Assembly: GCA_031271635.1 (NCBI GenBank)
Contig: JAISVG010000044.1
Location: forward strand, 1 to 39,090
Reading direction: 5' to 3'
DNA length: 39,090 nt
Source: Erysipelotrichaceae bacterium
GTDB lineage: Bacteria > Bacillota_I > Bacilli_A > RFN20 > CAG-826
The number at the start of each line of letters is the position of its first letter. The first letter of the stretch is position 1. Of the stretch, positions 37,124-39,090 are shown one piece after another. The notes under the pieces were generated by a model. It searched no databases. It saw only the letters and a list, made by a program, of their open reading frames with translations, and had not been told where the DNA came from. A program made the translations under genes and the position numbers.

Positions 37124-37800
37124 TTGCTCCCCTTTAAAATAAATGAATTAAGTATTACTTTAAAGTATATCATAGCTTTTTTATTTTGAAGAAGAAATAA
37201 CACTGTATTCACGCTGCTGCGTGGCACGAAAAGGATGTTTATGTATTTTAATGAAGGCGAAGGCGCTTGTTGCTGGTGCGGTAGCATTAAAGAGTGCATA
37301 GCGAATAAGCGTAATTAAATGCGAAATAATGGTACTTTGATAAATCGTCTCTGGCGAGTGCTACTGCCTATTATTACGGGGAAAAGTATTATATTATCTC
37401 ATCTTTGACACTTCGTCCTCAAATATTCCCACCATATCGATCAATACTGGATTTAAAAATGTGGCAATAATTATTTCTTGTTTTTATTTAAAATAGTATT
37501 AGTAAAGTCGTTTCGATCAAGACTCTTAGACCTTCGCCTAGTCCATACTCGGCTAATTGATATAATCCGAACATAAACTTTGAAACAACGATGTTCGTCG
37601 CCTGGGCAAAGACAAAGTTTTATGTTGCAATTCTAGAATATTCCGTCTTTCATTTGTCTATCGATTAGTTTTCTTTAGTTACTGAGACCGTTTAGTCTTT
37701 TTATTCTTTTGCTGTTTCAAAAATTCAAGAGAATGCGAAAAAGGAATAGAGTATTAGTGCCGAAGATGAAATGTATAAATGTTATTTTAGTTTTGTAGTT

Positions 37801-37824
37801 TAAGAAATCTGTCACTTATATTGT
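37801..37824 (+). repeat. left copy of a 24-bp inverted repeat
   Basis: TAAGAAATCTGTCACTTATATTGT matches the reverse complement of 38752-38775 at 22 of 24 positions. Confidence 0.85.
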
Positions 37825-37870
37825 AGCCATTCCATACTCTATAGAAAACGGTATACGATCAGATAAGGAG

Positions 37871-38152
37871 TTGACAGTCGGAGGTCTCTTCTTGTCTGGA
37901 CTTCAAGCGGCTGCAACATTTGGAATTGCATTCATGGGCGGTAGAGCAGGACTATTTGGAAAGAATTTAGCAGGCGTCAGTCCGATACGCTTTCTAATTA
38001 ATGCAGTTAAACACACAGGAAGAATTACAACAATCCAAAAGATTGTTTATGCAACACAACTTTGGTCCTCTAGTTTTATAGCAAGAGTCCTATTTATGAC
38101 ACTACCAGCAGCAGGCATTCGAGCTTTAATTGAAAAACTAATTAATGAGTGA
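37871..38152 (+). CDS. small hypothetical protein with a Gly/Ala-rich hydrophobic N-terminus (glycine-zipper-like)
   Basis: 93-codon ORF that opens just after an in-frame TAG. The start is TTG directly abutting AAGGAG, which is poor spacing; the next Met is at codon 22. Its stop overlaps the next ORF by 4 nt. Coding status is uncertain. Confidence 0.35.
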   Translation: MTVGGLFLSGLQAAATFGIAFMGGRAGLFGKNLAGVSPIRFLINAVKHTGRITTIQKIVYATQLWSSSFIARVLFMTLPAAGIRALIEKLINE

Positions 38153-38658
38153 TAAAATTGTTGATGATGAGAATAGAAAGAAGTAAATATATTCAGAAAT
38201 GTCTTATTTTGTCGGCAGGATTGTTAGTGCTTCCGTTTCTACTTTTATACTTTCTGACATTATATAAATTCGGGTTCGACTGGACTGCATTCGGGATTTT
38301 TATCGGACCAGTTGCTGGAATAATGTTTGTTCTTCCTATACTCTATTTCATATTGATTAAATGCAATAAATGTTACTACTTAATAACCTCTGACTCCATA
38401 AAAATGTTTAAAAAAGATCAGGAACTATTTACAATCCTTAATACTAATATTGGTGCGATGAGATACATTAGATTTAGCCAGGCATTTTTAATGCAGTTTG
38501 GGGCTGGATATTTAAATATAGAGTATAAAGATGCAGAAGGACAAATTAGACCAACCTTTATTCTTCCAAATGGTATTAAGATCTACTCAATTTCGATGTC
38601 ACCCAAACAAGCAAAGCAAGTAGCAAAAATCATCAATAGAGATTTCTTGTCTAGTTAA
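38149..38658 (+). CDS. membrane protein with two TM helices and a bacterial PH (bPH_2/YdbS-like) domain; candidate immunity protein
   Basis: 169-codon ORF; the real start may be ATG 38164 or 38167. Two hydrophobic helices are followed by YYLITSDSIKMF..I..MRYIRFSQAFLMQFGAGYLNIEY, which is typical of bPH domains. Confidence 0.55.
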   Translation: MIKLLMMRIERSKYIQKCLILSAGLLVLPFLLLYFLTLYKFGFDWTAFGIFIGPVAGIMFVLPILYFILIKCNKCYYLITSDSIKMFKKDQELFTILNTNIGAMRYIRFSQAFLMQFGAGYLNIEYKDAEGQIRPTFILPNGIKIYSISMSPKQAKQVAKIINRDFLSS

Positions 38659-38751
38659 AAAAGCAAGCAACCATATAGTTAGTGTTTCGCATCAGAACCA
38701 TTTTAATTGTACTAGATCAGATTTTTTGAATTTAATATAACGGAAACGTCC

Positions 38752-38775
38752 ATAATATAAGTAACAGATTTCTTA
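38752..38775 (-). repeat. right copy of the 24-bp inverted repeat
   Basis: The reverse complement reads TAAGAAATCTGTTACTTATATTAT. It ends 1 nt before the RHS reading frame opens. Confidence 0.85.
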
Positions 38776-38776
38776 G

Positions 38777-39090
38777 TATAATAATAGTGAATACTTCTAC
38801 CAAAGAAATATTCAAGGTGACGTAGTAGCTATCTATGACACCACTGGTTCTTTGAAAGCTAAATATACTTATGATGCCTATGGTAATCACACTATTACTA
38901 ACTATGATGTCAGTCAATTAGGAGATCTTAATCCTTTTAGATACAGGGGTTATTATTATGATGTTGAAACTAGTCTTTATTATCTTCAAAGTAGATACTA
39001 TGATCCTAAGATCGGAAGATTTATTAGTAAAGATCATCTTAATTATCTTGATCCTAAAACCATTGGTGGTCTTAACCTCTATGCATATTG
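38777..39090 (+). CDS. RHS/YD-repeat core C-terminal fragment, start-less (orphan module), continuing beyond the window
   Basis: The frame opens right after TAG 38774-38776 and is open to the window end. The translation ..YFYQRNIQGDVVAIYD..YTYDAYGN..NPFRYRGYYYDVETSLYYLQSRYYDPKIGRFISKD..NLYAYC is the canonical end of the RHS core. There is no in-frame ATG or GTG in 104 codons, only a TTG at 38852. Confidence 0.75.

Noticed and set aside
37120-37299. 59-aa minus-strand ORF (MHSLMLPHQQQAPSPS..) whose TGA overlaps the amylase ATG, a possible upstream coupling ORF.
   Set aside because: It has no SD, an odd composition, runs through the amylase promoter region, and falls below the length where chance ORFs are rare. 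No support beyond the overlap.
37330-37470. Open frame WYFDKSSLASATAYYYGEKYYIISS.. in the ORF-free interval, which echoes the EWYFD / YYEGEWYF C-termini of the LRR proteins and could be a decayed third paralog.
   Set aside because: Only about 6 of 20 positions match, the alignment register is unstable between the two paralogs, no LRR-like remnants occur upstream in any frame, and the frame opens at a stop codon. This is too weak to claim.
37255-37539. Long-range complementarity in the ORF-free interval: AGGCGAAGG 37255-37263 with CCTTCGCCT 37531-37539, and GCGGTAGCA 37278-37286 with TGCTACTGC 37359-37367.
   Set aside because: Around one 9-bp complementary pair is expected by chance within 750 nt. 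Without covariation data these are not evidence for a structured RNA.
37682-37687. CTGAGA, as in the TPP riboswitch thi-box.
   Set aside because: None of the flanking conserved TPP elements is present: no upstream GGGG-containing helix and no downstream ACCC..CTGGA..GCCAG pyrophosphate-sensor helix.
38732-38917. 61-codon minus-strand ORF crossing the right inverted repeat.
   Set aside because: It is antisense to the RHS core fragment, whose plus-strand translation matches conserved RHS motifs. The hydrophobic translation is what one expects from the reverse frame of a Tyr/Asp-rich sequence.

Overview
Low-GC bacterial chromosome segment that uses the standard genetic code: TGA is a stop, for example at the end of alaS. 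Gene content and synteny look like the Firmicutes/Tenericutes lineage (Acholeplasma- or Erysipelotrichia-like), with many lipobox lipoproteins, membrane-anchored surface proteins and tightly packed or overlapping genes. About 95% of the window is ordinary core genome:
- an initiator tRNA-Met and rubrerythrin;
- a minus-strand ackA-nrnA-pfkA-sugar kinase-thrS block and two paralogous lipoproteins;
- alaS-ruvX-DUF1292, then two paralogous BspA-type LRR surface proteins;
- a split chromate-transporter pair followed by a TupA-like ATP-grasp gene;
- an unusually long greA, then comEA-comEC-holA with rpsT convergent;
- a stand-alone adenylation + carrier protein, fmt, a PD-(D/E)XK nuclease fused to an XPD/DinG helicase, and lepA;
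- a protein that looks like a catalytically dead Fic domain plus a small membrane protein, hemW, and a Fic/Doc-type protein with Gln in place of the catalytic His;
- a fused MacB-type ABC transporter and a doubly anchored GH13 alpha-amylase.

The only clearly accessory region is the right end (37124-39090). It holds a roughly 750-nt ORF-free stretch, then a two-gene cassette (a glycine-zipper-like small protein and a 2-TM bacterial-PH-domain protein) bracketed by 24-bp inverted repeats matching 22/24. A start-less RHS/YD-repeat core fragment follows and runs off the window. I read this as a polymorphic-toxin orphan/immunity locus that may be invertible or mobile. It is the best candidate for something undescribed, but the function is inference only.

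I saw no CRISPR array, rRNA, transposase or integrase. All domain calls come from reading motifs by eye, because no searches could be run.
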